This document shows, piece after piece, positions 28,073 to 38,089 of a stretch of DNA of 64,000 bases. Numbering within the stretch: position 1 is the stretch's first letter; each line of letters opens with the position of its first letter. The notes beneath the pieces are model-generated. The model worked only from the letters and a program-made list of their open reading frames with translations. It was not told the origin of the DNA and made no database searches. The stretch is from a candidate division FCPU426 bacterium. Lineage in GTDB: Bacteria > Oederibacteriota > Muellerivitia > Muellerivitales > Muellerivitaceae. Location of the stretch: NCBI GenBank assembly GCA_963830915.1, contig CAWHOE010000053.1, positions 100,666 through 164,665 of the forward strand. Direction: 5' to 3'. The position numbers and the translations under genes are program-made.

Positions 28073-29440
28073 TTACTTCACAAGATAAATATCATCCAGA
28101 TAAAAGCCAGAGACGGCCTTGGCGCTGTTGGAAGTGATGACGACCTTGTTGAATCCCCCTGGCGCGTTGAACTCCGAAAGGGGTATCTCCACCCGGCTCC
28201 ATTGTTTGACCTTCAAGCCGTCCGTCGGTCCGCTCGTGACCGTCTTTTCCTGACCTGTCTGTTTATGGTTTTCTTCCAGCCGCGCCCGAAATTCCACGTC
28301 ACATCCTGTCGGGTAGACCCAGAAGGCGATGGACCTATAATCCGCCGGTTTGATCTCCGGCCCCTCGAACTGAGCCCCACCCCAGCCGTTCGGTAGTTCG
28401 ACCCAAAGGCTTTTGGAACCGTCCGGGGTGTGATTGAAAACGGTAGAGGAGAAGTCATATTTTCCCTCGCTCCAATTGCTGGTGATCCAACCCGCGTGGT
28501 CCCCGTCGTAGATCAACAAACCGTCGGTCTTTTCAACCTGGGTGGTTGGAGCTACGGTGGGCACCGCCAGATCGGCCGGAGCCTGGGCGTCCGGCCCGAT
28601 GTAATTTTCAGCGATGACAAAGTTGTCGAAAGTGACGTACTCATCTTTGGGAGGGGCCCAGCTTGGGTCGTTGCCCCCGAAGAAGGTGGAAAAATACATC
28701 TTGTCGATCTTGAGCTTGTCGGTATCCCGGAACCTGATGTTGGTGACTTCCAAAGCTTTTTCCCCGTCCAGCCACGACCGGATGATGCCATCCTTCTTAC
28801 CGGGTGTGTTCATTTGCACGAAAGTTTCAACGCATTGCCATTTGCCCGGGGTGAAGAAACGGGGACAGCCGCCATAATTCCACTCGAAATCCTCGCCGTA
28901 TTCGGTGGGTTGATCGGGGTGGTAGACATATTGGACGATCTTGCCGTTGGGCCTCCACATCATGCGGGCGCTCCAACCATCCATCCCGTTCGGTTTGTGC
29001 CCGCCCGTGTTGGCGTTGGCCCCGACCAGGCCCGGCAGTTTGCCGCCCCGGACGAAATCAAAATCGGGGTCGAATCGGACGTAATATCGAAGATAGGCCG
29101 ATTCCCGGGGAGGGATGGAAACCTTGGTCAGGTCCATCAGGTATTGAAGCCCGCCATCGGGCCCGACAACGTCTTTTTTGTAATGGACCCGCAAGGAATG
29201 TCCCTCGAAAGCGGTCCGGCCCGTAGTCAATTCGGCGTCATCCGCCGGTGACGGCCCCCACAGGATGCCCCAAACCCCGTTCCAGGGTTGGGATTCAAAG
29301 CCCCCGAAGAAGAGGATGTCCTTGCGGTCCTTCAACCCCGGCTCAATGGCCCCCTGGTCCCCGCTGTAGGCCCAAAGGATGGATGGGCCAAGAATTAAAA
29401 TGAGGAACATCAATAATGTTCGGTTTTTGTGGTTGGTCAT
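28073..29440 (-). CDS. polysaccharide lyase (PL14-like) with C-terminal CBM-like domain
   Basis: Signal peptide; FDFVRGGKLPGL, GWSARMMWR, YVYHP, FSTFFGGND..WA; PT linker then beta-sandwich. Confidence 0.8.
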   Translation of the reverse strand: MTNHKNRTLLMFLILILGPSILWAYSGDQGAIEPGLKDRKDILFFGGFESQPWNGVWGILWGPSPADDAELTTGRTAFEGHSLRVHYKKDVVGPDGGLQYLMDLTKVSIPPRESAYLRYYVRFDPDFDFVRGGKLPGLVGANANTGGHKPNGMDGWSARMMWRPNGKIVQYVYHPDQPTEYGEDFEWNYGGCPRFFTPGKWQCVETFVQMNTPGKKDGIIRSWLDGEKALEVTNIRFRDTDKLKIDKMYFSTFFGGNDPSWAPPKDEYVTFDNFVIAENYIGPDAQAPADLAVPTVAPTTQVEKTDGLLIYDGDHAGWITSNWSEGKYDFSSTVFNHTPDGSKSLWVELPNGWGGAQFEGPEIKPADYRSIAFWVYPTGCDVEFRARLEENHKQTGQEKTVTSGPTDGLKVKQWSRVEIPLSEFNAPGGFNKVVITSNSAKAVSGFYLDDIYLVK

Positions 29441-29449
29441 ATAGTCGAG

Positions 29450-30001
29450 TTATCCTTTCTTTATCCCGCGAATGTATTCGATAGTCTCCAAAAGTTCGGG
29501 AGATATCTCTTTCGATGGGGTTTTTCGAAGCGAACTGCATTCGCAAGCGAGCGCGCTGTCATGAAGGGTCAAAACATCCCCCTTTTCCGAGAAGGTCAGG
29601 GGCCAAAGGATGCACATTTGCGGTTTGACGCTCCCCCGGGGCAGACCATGGCTGATCTCAATGGCGTGCAAGGAACATCGGATCATCCCATTCGCCTTGA
29701 AAGCGAAAACGCAGAGCCCATCTTCCTTTGTCTCGATGGCGTGAAGACCGTTAACCCCATCCTCAAAAACGTTGTCATACCCATCTTTCGTCTTGAGATG
29801 GGGACAAAATTTCGCCGCTTCGGGCAGGAAAGGAACGATCCGGTTAAGCTCCGCTTTGGTCACGCTAACCTCGAACCGCGCGCAACAACACTCCTCGACC
29901 GTGGAACAGCCTGTGCAGGCGTGGTCGATGGAACGAATAGCTTTGTAGTCGATCTTAATTTTGGTGGGAAGAGTTTTTGTTTTTTTTCGTTTCGGGGCCA
30001 T
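29450..30001 (-). CDS. Cys-cluster protein (DUF3109/YkgJ-like)
   Basis: CTGCSTVEECCC, CVF, CSLH, KPQMCILWPL. Confidence 0.65.
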   Translation of the reverse strand: MAPKRKKTKTLPTKIKIDYKAIRSIDHACTGCSTVEECCCARFEVSVTKAELNRIVPFLPEAAKFCPHLKTKDGYDNVFEDGVNGLHAIETKEDGLCVFAFKANGMIRCSLHAIEISHGLPRGSVKPQMCILWPLTFSEKGDVLTLHDSALACECSSLRKTPSKEISPELLETIEYIRGIKKG

Positions 30002-30024
30002 GATTTGGACTCGTTCCAGGAAAA

Positions 30025-30480
30025 CTATATTTTCTTTTTGAAATAAAACCTGATGTGACCTTTGGGGAACGGCCCAAGCTTGCCGTGGATCTTGTATCCC
30101 AATTTCTTGTAAAAACCAGGGGCCTGGAAACTAAAAGAGCTTAAATGAACGTAACCGTAGCCATGTTTTTTGGCCCAGGATTCGGCCGTCCGCATAAGTC
30201 GTCTTCCCAACCCCTGGCCTCTATATCGTTCTTCCACAAAGAGAATATCCACATAGAGCCAACCCAGGTAGGTAAAACCGGTCAACCCTCCCACAAGCTT
30301 TCCCTGGGCGTTCTTGGCTTCCAGGCTAAGGGCCTTCCATCGGGTGGGTCCCATTTTGCCCTGATTGAACGCATCGATCCGCGCCACCAGCTTTTTGCGG
30401 AATTCATCCTGTTTTCGGGGAACTATCTTGATGATTGGGAATTTCTGTTTCAAAGATCCTTTTGATGAACGTCCGCCCAT
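30025..30480 (-). CDS. GNAT N-acetyltransferase
   Basis: LFVEERYRGQGLGRRL, SFQAPGFYKKLGY. Confidence 0.9.
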   Translation of the reverse strand: MGGRSSKGSLKQKFPIIKIVPRKQDEFRKKLVARIDAFNQGKMGPTRWKALSLEAKNAQGKLVGGLTGFTYLGWLYVDILFVEERYRGQGLGRRLMRTAESWAKKHGYGYVHLSSFSFQAPGFYKKLGYKIHGKLGPFPKGHIRFYFKKKI

Positions 30481-30492
30481 ACGTGTTTCCTT

Positions 30493-31251
30493 TTATTCCA
30501 ATTCTTTTTTCATTATCTCATAGAACTTGTTCCACGCCTGTTTCTCCTTCCAGGGGGTATGGCCGCATTTATTCAATAAATGGAACCGAAAATCCGTGAG
30601 AACGGTCGAAAGAGGTATTCGGACACCTTCCGCCGGATGGGGATCATGGTCCCCGTGGATGGCGACCACAGGGCAACGGAGCTTTTTGACCGACTCCAAC
30701 AACATCCCGCTCCTTCTAAGTTCGCTGGCCTCTTTCCAAACCTTCTCGAATATCTCCGCGTTGAACTCCAATTCCGCGCTTTTCACCTTCAAGGGATCGA
30801 AACTATCCGCTTTCGTCATGAGTTTCCCGAACTTCTCGAAAGCCCCCGGTTCTTCCAAACGGCTCATGAGGGTCACCGCGGCTTTTCGGTCGTCCTTCCC
30901 CAAACGGTTCAGTCGATTTTCCGTGATGGCTTTCGCGTATTTCTCCTCAAAAGGACCGCTGGAAACCAGGATGAGCTTTTTCACCAACTCGGGATATTCG
31001 GAGGCGAAAAGGATCGCCAGCCAAGCGCCCCAGGAATAACCCACCAAGGTCAGCGCCCCCTTCCCTTCCAAGAGTTCTTTGAGTTCCTCCAATTGACCCT
31101 TGACCGAAGACTTGGTCTGAAGCGGTTCCAATACTCCCATGAAAGGCGCCAGCGCCTTAGCGACCGGGGCCATTTCTCCCGCGGCGCCAGGTCCGCCGTG
31201 CAACAGGGCTACTCGATAGGGAGGATGACCGTAGGTTCGGGGATCGCTCAT
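30493..31251 (-). CDS. alpha/beta hydrolase
   Basis: LHGGPG, GYSWG nucleophile elbow, HGDHDPH, CGHTPW. Confidence 0.9.
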   Translation of the reverse strand: MSDPRTYGHPPYRVALLHGGPGAAGEMAPVAKALAPFMGVLEPLQTKSSVKGQLEELKELLEGKGALTLVGYSWGAWLAILFASEYPELVKKLILVSSGPFEEKYAKAITENRLNRLGKDDRKAAVTLMSRLEEPGAFEKFGKLMTKADSFDPLKVKSAELEFNAEIFEKVWKEASELRRSGMLLESVKKLRCPVVAIHGDHDPHPAEGVRIPLSTVLTDFRFHLLNKCGHTPWKEKQAWNKFYEIMKKELE

Positions 31252-32756
31252 GGCGCCTCGTTCCCCGGCAGAAAGGCCGCTGCCACATTTTCCTCGAATA
31301 AGGTGATGGCGTTCCCTCCCAACCTTCCATTTTTATAATTACCGCCGGTAACCACGCAGACCATATCCAGGCTGGGCACGATGAAAAGATGCTGGCCCCC
31401 TACTCCCCATCCGTCGATGACATCGACCCATTGATCCCCATCGGGCAGGGCCCTGGTCCACCATAGATATCCATAACCCGCTTCTTTCCCGGTTTTAGTA
31501 TTGGGGATGCGCTCCTTGGTCGATTCCGATATCCATTGGGGCGAAACGATCCCCTTTCCTTTCCACTTCCCTTTTTTCAATACCAGCAGACCCAACTTCG
31601 CCAAGTCCCTGGGACGCATGGTCAAACCGAAAGAAACCGGCGTGACCTTTCCTGCGTCATTGGGCGGAATCTTTTTCAAGTTGACCCGTGAGTTGACCGC
31701 CAGGCAGGGGGCTGGCCCTTCCTTCCAATGGACTTGATGGATACCCAATGGTTCGAAGAGGTACTTTTGAGCGAAATACGGAAGCGCCATCCCGCTTTGG
31801 CGGGCTAGGATGGCCGAGAAGGGGGTCAGGCAGGCCCCGCAATAGGCGAAGTGCCGGCCCGGCCATCCGGCCAGGCGGGTGGAGAGACTGGCGGCCAACC
31901 AGTCGGAAGACTTCACCATGGCCCAGGAACAGGCCAGGGAATTCCTCATATCGTCGCACTCGAATCCTCCCGTCATGGTCAAAAGGTTCTCCAGGGTGAT
32001 CTTGGCTTTGCCCTCTTCCCAACCCATGAGGGATCGGCACTCGGGGAAAAAGTCGTAGAGTTTCTGGTCGAGTTGGATCAACCCCTGGTCCTCGGTGATC
32101 CCTACCAGGAGGGAGAAAACCGATTTGGTGATGGACTGGACCGGATGCTCATCCTGGGCGCCGTAACCGTAGAAATACTCGTCGAGCAAGATCTTCCCGC
32201 CTTTAACGATGAGCAGGCTGTGGATCTTCGGATAGGTCTGATCGAGGATAGAACGGATACCCGCCTCGATCATGGACAGATCAGCCTGGGTCTGTCTCAA
32301 GTCTCCCACTTGCCAGCCGTCGGGAAGAACACGGGGTTGGCGGTAAACGTATTGGGTCTGCGCTTTTCCCAGCGGGTCAAGCCGAGGGACCAAGTAATCG
32401 ATACCGCGCCTCAGGATGACCGGCGCCACTTGTTCTTTATAGTTGAAAGTACCCTGAAGGATCCTGTCATTGAATTTAAGGTCGAGGGATTCGCCCATTC
32501 CCCGTTCAGCGTGGAAAGAATCCCACCCCGCTCTCACCTTGTTCAATGGTTCGCGATTGATATCGTCATCGATGTTGTAATAGAAGGCCCGGTAATTGCC
32601 GTCTTGATCGTGATCGATATCAATGGCGATACGGATCTGATCGGCTCCCTGGCCCCAGGTACCTTCCCAGACCCCCGTCCAATCCTTTTTCGCGCAGGAA
32701 AGATTCAGGAACAGGACTAGAAGCAAGAGGACGAAAATACAGCGTTTTTGACCCAC
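31248..32756 (-). CDS. serine hydrolase, beta-lactamase class C-like lipoprotein
   Basis: Lipobox LSC; QSITKS (SxxK), LLTMTGG, PRDLAKLG, GYGYLWW, GVGGQ. Confidence 0.88.
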   Translation of the reverse strand: MGQKRCIFVLLLLVLFLNLSCAKKDWTGVWEGTWGQGADQIRIAIDIDHDQDGNYRAFYYNIDDDINREPLNKVRAGWDSFHAERGMGESLDLKFNDRILQGTFNYKEQVAPVILRRGIDYLVPRLDPLGKAQTQYVYRQPRVLPDGWQVGDLRQTQADLSMIEAGIRSILDQTYPKIHSLLIVKGGKILLDEYFYGYGAQDEHPVQSITKSVFSLLVGITEDQGLIQLDQKLYDFFPECRSLMGWEEGKAKITLENLLTMTGGFECDDMRNSLACSWAMVKSSDWLAASLSTRLAGWPGRHFAYCGACLTPFSAILARQSGMALPYFAQKYLFEPLGIHQVHWKEGPAPCLAVNSRVNLKKIPPNDAGKVTPVSFGLTMRPRDLAKLGLLVLKKGKWKGKGIVSPQWISESTKERIPNTKTGKEAGYGYLWWTRALPDGDQWVDVIDGWGVGGQHLFIVPSLDMVCVVTGGNYKNGRLGGNAITLFEENVAAAFLPGNEAP

Positions 32757-33202
32757 GGAACCCCCATATTTTGCAAAGGAAACAGCCCCATTGTCCTTTC
32801 AATCAGTCCGTTAAAACAACGGAATTTTCCTGCCCTATTCATACCCTTCTTGAAAAAGATTGACTTCGGACAAAATCACGATGGGATTTTGAAATTCCGT
32901 GAAACTAAAACCAGCTTTAACGCTTTCGTAACATCATTTCATAAAAAATAAAATGCCCCACGTTTAACCCACACTTTTAAAAAAACACTCGTTATTTGAA
33001 AAGCATTTTTCAAATCGCTTGGTAGTCGAGCATGCGGAGAGTTAAAATAGGACTCGTTAGCAGCCCACATCCTTGCGTTGAATTTCCCGCCGGCGACTGG
33101 CTTCACCGGCAATACGAAAAATAAACTTCTAACCTTAATTCGAATCAACCGATGATCCAATTTATTTGGATCATCCATACGTCTTTCACTTCGGAGGTGT
33201 CC

Positions 33203-33475
33203 ATGGAGATCGTCCAGAAGGTCAAGATCCTCAACCGTCTTGGTTTACATCTCAGGGCAGCGGCCCATTTCGTGAAGGTGACCAGCAAGTACAAATGCCG
33301 TGTCCTGGTCAAGAACCACAACCAACCAGTGGACGGAAAAAGCCTTCTGAATCTCATCAGCCTGGCCGCCAGCTACGGTTCGGAATTGACCATCATTTTC
33401 GAGGGCGATGACGCCAGGGACGCCTGCGCCGCTATCCAGAACCTATTTCTCACCAGGTTCGGGGAAAAAGAGTAA
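33203..33475 (+). CDS. ptsH: phosphocarrier protein HPr
   Basis: NRLGLHLRAA (His15), DGKSLL (Ser46); GGAGG RBS before ATG 33203. Confidence 0.92.
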   Translation: MEIVQKVKILNRLGLHLRAAAHFVKVTSKYKCRVLVKNHNQPVDGKSLLNLISLAASYGSELTIIFEGDDARDACAAIQNLFLTRFGEKE

Positions 33476-33606
33476 CCCTTCACAAAAGCGCTTTAAATAA
33501 AGCCTCTTGAGCCGACTTTTCCGACCATTTCCAATCCATTTCTTACAAACCTCCCGTTCGGTGTACAATTATGCCAATTCACGCATGATCCTTACCGAGG
33601 TGTCTA

Positions 33607-33984
33607 ATGACCGACAGCAATATGTTCATCGAGAGGCGCGCCCATCCGCGGGTTTCCCTGAAGATCCCTGTGCAGTTCCACCTGATCGATGGCGACAAAG
33701 AGATCGAGTCCTTGGTGGACAGGAAGAAGACCGCGAAGTCCGGCACCTCCCTGGACATGAGCCTGGGTGGCATCCAACTTTCCTCCGATACAACCTTGAA
33801 ACTGGGCCACATCATGAGGGTCGATTTTTCCGTACCCAATCATCACAGCCTCATCTCCGCTTTCGCCGAGGTCATCTGGTCCAATCAATCAGGGGCCGGA
33901 CTGCACTTCCTCACGATGAAAGACTCGGACTTCGAGGTCCTCAAGGACTTCATCAACAAAGCCCTGGGATTAGACATCAAGTAA
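33607..33984 (+). CDS. PilZ domain protein
   Basis: ERRAHPR and DMSLGG c-di-GMP motifs. Confidence 0.88.
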   Translation: MTDSNMFIERRAHPRVSLKIPVQFHLIDGDKEIESLVDRKKTAKSGTSLDMSLGGIQLSSDTTLKLGHIMRVDFSVPNHHSLISAFAEVIWSNQSGAGLHFLTMKDSDFEVLKDFINKALGLDIK

Positions 33985-34536
33985 TTGGCCCTCGCTTCCA
34001 CCATCTATCGTTTCTCTGTCGTACTATCCGATGTGGACCGTTCTCTCTATCAGACCCTGGAATTCCGTGCCGCCATGCACCCTTCCGAGTCCCTCCCCTT
34101 TTTCATCACCCGGGTACTCGCCTACTGTCTCTGCTATCGAGATGGGTTGGAATTCACCGCGGGTATCAGTTCTCCCGATGACCCGGCCATGCGGGTGATG
34201 GGGTTGACCGGCAATATCGAACTATGGATCGACATCGGCAATCCGGACGCCAAGCGCATCCACAAAGCTTCCAAGACCTCCAAGGAAGTCATCATCTTCA
34301 CCCACAAGGACGCCAGGATGCTGACGCGTGAATTGCGGGAAGAGAAAGTGCATCGGCTGGAGGAGATCGGCCTTTATTCCCTGGACCCCAGGTTCCTGAA
34401 TCAACTGGGAGCGACACTGGACAGGGATAATAAATGGGAACTGACCCGTAACCAGGGCGAGTTATACATCGGGGTCGGAAAGAACGACTTTCACGTAAAA
34501 TTGGAACGCCACTTATTGGGCGGTCCTGAACTTTAA
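33985..34536 (+). CDS. yaeQ: YaeQ family protein
   Basis: MALASTIY, AMHPSE, RVLAYCL, LWIDIGNP..KRIHKA. Confidence 0.9.
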   Translation: MALASTIYRFSVVLSDVDRSLYQTLEFRAAMHPSESLPFFITRVLAYCLCYRDGLEFTAGISSPDDPAMRVMGLTGNIELWIDIGNPDAKRIHKASKTSKEVIIFTHKDARMLTRELREEKVHRLEEIGLYSLDPRFLNQLGATLDRDNKWELTRNQGELYIGVGKNDFHVKLERHLLGGPEL

Positions 34537-34592
34537 CCCCTCTGACACTTACCCGTGACAGGCTCCGCGTCCCTTCTTGATAACCTATTATT

Positions 34593-34863
34593 CCTATCCG
34601 CAAAACGTACCTTGATCTGGACATTCGTCAATTTGTTAGTCGCACCGTCTCCCCCTCTGAAAGAGGGGGAACAAGGGGGAGTTAGTTTTTCCCGACTATT
34701 TCGGCAACGACTAATACCCCCCTACCCCCCCTTTTTCACCCCCATTTCTTCATTTGGAAATTTAAAAATGAAAATGGGGACGTCCCCATGCCTCATGATA
34801 TTTTCCCCAAAAGAGGCATGGGGGAAGGGGGGAATCATCCGTAAGATGCGCTTTGCGGATAGG
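34593..34863. mobile_element. MITE-like composite element with secondary 86-bp insertion
   Basis: Terminal IR CCTATCCGCAAA/TTTGCGGATAGG; internal CCCCCTCTGAAAGAGGGGG doublet; homologous along its length to 47981-48168; extra double hairpin at 34739-34824. Confidence 0.75.
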
Positions 34864-34939
34864 CATCTAACCTTTCCTTGCCCCTACCCTTTTATTCAGG
34901 AAAGGGGTCCAGTAAACTAACATCGTTTCGAGGATTCCC

Positions 34940-35410
34940 ATGGCAAGGCTATTGATGACGATCCAAAAAGGCAGGATGGAACAACGCAAGCACGAGAGGG
35001 TCGCCTCGACCCTTCAGGTCTCTTATCGGGTCCTGGATGCCGACGACGCTGGCCAGGTGCTGGACCATCCCCATTACAACCAGACCAAGACCGAACACCT
35101 CCCTGAGCTTTCCAGGAAGTTCCATATTTATCATGCCGTGACCAAGGACATCTCCGAAGGCGGACTTTCCCTGATGGGAGACCAGCCTTTCGCCCCAGGA
35201 ACTCATGTGGAGATATTCTTGAAACTACCCCAATTCAACCGTCCCATTACCCTTCTGGCCGAGGTGGTCCGGGCCGGTTCTTTCCTTGAGACAGGGGTGA
35301 CCATGTACAACGCCGGGGTGAAACTGTTGGCCATCAACCGCGAGGATATGACCCACCTGAATAACTATCTTCTGGAACAGAAACTCCGCCAGGGCGGCAC
35401 CGGGAAATAA
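34940..35410 (+). CDS. PilZ domain protein
   Basis: EQRKHER and DISEGG motifs. Confidence 0.88.
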   Translation: MARLLMTIQKGRMEQRKHERVASTLQVSYRVLDADDAGQVLDHPHYNQTKTEHLPELSRKFHIYHAVTKDISEGGLSLMGDQPFAPGTHVEIFLKLPQFNRPITLLAEVVRAGSFLETGVTMYNAGVKLLAINREDMTHLNNYLLEQKLRQGGTGK

Positions 35411-35471
35411 CACAGAACTACCCCTCTTCACCACCGAAACACAGCCAATTCAATAAGGGGAACATCTAATA

Positions 35472-35585
35472 TTTCACCACAGAGGCACAGAGACACAGCT
35501 CAACAAAAGCAAAAATTGGAATTTTCAGAGGCGCCCTAAATCTTTGATTTTTAATTAGCTGTGTCTCTGTGCCTCTGTGGTGAAA
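35472..35585. repeat. 29-bp perfect inverted repeat pair (ACCACAGAGGCACAGAG family)
   Basis: TTTCACCACAGAGGCACAGAGACACAGCT at 35472-35500 and its reverse complement at 35557-35585. Confidence 0.92.
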
Positions 35586-35656
35586 AAAATGTTGAAATGA
35601 CTTTTTCCTCCCCTTTTGATTGGGACATCCTCCCCATATATGTGAAAATACCCGCC

Positions 35657-38089
35657 ATGAATCCCCTTCCCATTGACCCACTCCTTCCCCAGATCGTCGA
35701 AGCCCTGGATAAAAACCATTGCGCCGTGGTCACCGCCGAACCTGGCGCTGGAAAGACCACCCGGGTCCCCCCAGCCCTCCTGACCGCCTCCTTCGCCAAG
35801 GACCGTGAGATATGGGTGCTCCAGCCCCGGCGCTTGGCCGCCAAACTAGCCGCCCTGAGAGTCGCGGAAGAAATGGGCGAGGAGGCCGGCAAGACCGTCG
35901 GATACCAGTTCCGTTTCGAGAAACGCCTATCCCCATCCACCCGGCTTCTTTTCATGACCGACGGCATGCTCCTGCCCCTTTCCCAGAACGACCCCCAGCT
36001 TTCCAAAGTAGCTGCTGTGGTCCTGGACGAGTTCCATGAAAGAAGCCTGGCTCTGGAACTGGGACTGGCTTGGCTCAGACGGCTCCAGCTTTCCACCCGT
36101 CCTGACCTGCGGCTTCTGGTTATGAGCGCCACTCTCGACGCCAAGGCCCTTTCCGCTTATCTATCCGACTGCCCAGTGCTTAAAAGCGAAGGCCGGGTCT
36201 TTCCAGTGAACGTGGAATACCTTCCTCAGCCCGAAAAAAGGGACCTGGACCAAAAGGTGCGCTCCGCGGTGGCTCAGTTGACCTCTCAAGGCGTGGAAGG
36301 TACCACCTTGGTCTTTTTACCGGGAATGGCCGAAATAAGCCGTTGCCAGGAAGCCCTGAAAAAAACGGACGCCGAGGTCCATGCCCTCTACGGCGACCTG
36401 CCGGTGGAGGAACAACAAAGGGTTCTTCGCCCCTCGAAAGGCCGCAAAGTCATCCTGAGCACCAACGTGGCCGAAACTTCTATCACCGTTCCCGGCGTAA
36501 CAGCCGTGGTGGATTCGGGCCTGACCCGGCAATCACGGGTCTCCGCCTGGTCCGGTTTGGAAAGCCTGGTGACCGTACCAGCCAGCCAAGCTTCCTCAGC
36601 TCAGCGGACCGGAAGGGCCGGTAGGCTCCAGGCGGGTGTCTGTCTGCGCCTATATTCCAAATACGATTTTGACCACCGCCCATCCTTCGACCTGCCGGAA
36701 TTAATGCGGTCCGACCTTTCCCGAAGCCTTCTGGATCTGAAAACCCTGGGTGTGGATGACCTGGAAAACTTCCCATGGTTCCTCAAGCCTTCTTCCGCTT
36801 CCCTGGATGCGGCGATCACCCTGCTCAAGAAATTAGGGGCGCTGGATAAAGGGGAAAAACTCACTTCCCTTGGACGTCGAATGGCCCGCTTCCCCCTGGC
36901 GCCACGCTTGGCGAAGTTCGTCCTTGAAGTGGAAAAGATGTCGCCACAGGGTTCGCACGCCCTTTCCAACGCTTGCCGTCTTTCCGCCCTTATCAGCGAA
37001 GGTTCCTCCCAGGACTTGCTGGAGGACCTCCACCGATTCAAGCCGGGTTTTGAGTCCAAAAGAATCGAAGAACAGGTCGCCGGTCTGTTGAAGACCTCGC
37101 CCCCGACCGCCAAAGTCGGCGTGAAGGATCAGGAAATCCTTTCCAAGGGATTGCTCATGGCCTTTCCCGATCGGGTAGCCCAGGTTCGGGAGGGACGTTC
37201 CTCCGAGACCCGGCACCGGGACGCCCACACGAGGGAGCTGATCCTCTGCGGAGGAGGGACCGCCGTGGCCCAGGACGACGCCATGATCCGCGAGAACGAG
37301 TATTTCGTGGTGGTGGAAGCCCAGGAAGTTGGTCCGAAAGCCCAGGTAAAAGCCAGGTCCCTATGCCCCGTCGAGGCGGACTGGCTGTTAGACCTGGTGT
37401 CGGAGGGACTATCAGAGGAAAAAACCTGCGAGTGGAACGCCAAAGCCGGGAGGGTGGAGGGCTTCAAACGCCTGACCTACGGACAATTGGTGCTGGATGA
37501 AAAGCCGCTTTCGCCCGGTGATTTCGGCGAGGAAACAGCGAACCTTTTATATAAGCAAGCCCTGTCCGCTGGACCTTCGGCCTATTGTGATGAGGAAGAA
37601 CTGGGAAATTTCTTGAGTCGGGCAAGGTTCGCGGCGGAAAGAGCTGGCTTCCCCTCTTTGACCGATGAAGTGGTGAAAGAAACCCTGGCTGAATTATGCC
37701 GGACTTGCCGAAGTTTTGAGGACCTGAAAAAAGCGGATTTGGTGGGTGCTTTGAGGGCAAAACTGGACCCTAAGAACCAAGCTTTACTGGAACTTCTGGC
37801 TCCGTCCCGAACGACCCTTCCAGGCGGTAGGTCCATCGCCATTCATTACGAGGAAGGCAAACCGCCCTGGGCAGAATCCCGTTTGCAGGATTTCTTCGGG
37901 ATGACTTCAGGACCGACGGTGGGGGGCGGTCAGGTTCCGGTGGTGCTCCATCTGCTTTCGCCCGCCAAAAGGCCGGTCCAGATCACCAGCGACCTAGCTG
38001 GATTCTGGAAGAACCACTACCCGCAGATCCGCAAGGAACTATCTCGTAGATATCCCCGCCACAAATGGCCCGAGAACCCTATTTCATAG
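35657..38089 (+). CDS. hrpB: ATP-dependent helicase HrpB
   Basis: LPID, AEPGAGKTTRVP, QPRRLAA, DEFHER, SAT, QRTGRAGR, C-terminal LLSPAKRPVQITSDLAGFW...RRYPRHKWP. Confidence 0.95.
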   Translation: MNPLPIDPLLPQIVEALDKNHCAVVTAEPGAGKTTRVPPALLTASFAKDREIWVLQPRRLAAKLAALRVAEEMGEEAGKTVGYQFRFEKRLSPSTRLLFMTDGMLLPLSQNDPQLSKVAAVVLDEFHERSLALELGLAWLRRLQLSTRPDLRLLVMSATLDAKALSAYLSDCPVLKSEGRVFPVNVEYLPQPEKRDLDQKVRSAVAQLTSQGVEGTTLVFLPGMAEISRCQEALKKTDAEVHALYGDLPVEEQQRVLRPSKGRKVILSTNVAETSITVPGVTAVVDSGLTRQSRVSAWSGLESLVTVPASQASSAQRTGRAGRLQAGVCLRLYSKYDFDHRPSFDLPELMRSDLSRSLLDLKTLGVDDLENFPWFLKPSSASLDAAITLLKKLGALDKGEKLTSLGRRMARFPLAPRLAKFVLEVEKMSPQGSHALSNACRLSALISEGSSQDLLEDLHRFKPGFESKRIEEQVAGLLKTSPPTAKVGVKDQEILSKGLLMAFPDRVAQVREGRSSETRHRDAHTRELILCGGGTAVAQDDAMIRENEYFVVVEAQEVGPKAQVKARSLCPVEADWLLDLVSEGLSEEKTCEWNAKAGRVEGFKRLTYGQLVLDEKPLSPGDFGEETANLLYKQALSAGPSAYCDEEELGNFLSRARFAAERAGFPSLTDEVVKETLAELCRTCRSFEDLKKADLVGALRAKLDPKNQALLELLAPSRTTLPGGRSIAIHYEEGKPPWAESRLQDFFGMTSGPTVGGGQVPVVLHLLSPAKRPVQITSDLAGFWKNHYPQIRKELSRRYPRHKWPENPIS

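Noticed and set aside
33020..33037. Sigma-54 promoter upstream of HPr (TGGTAG...ATGC)
   Set aside because: GG and GC are 11 nt apart rather than the required 10, and the consensus match is poor
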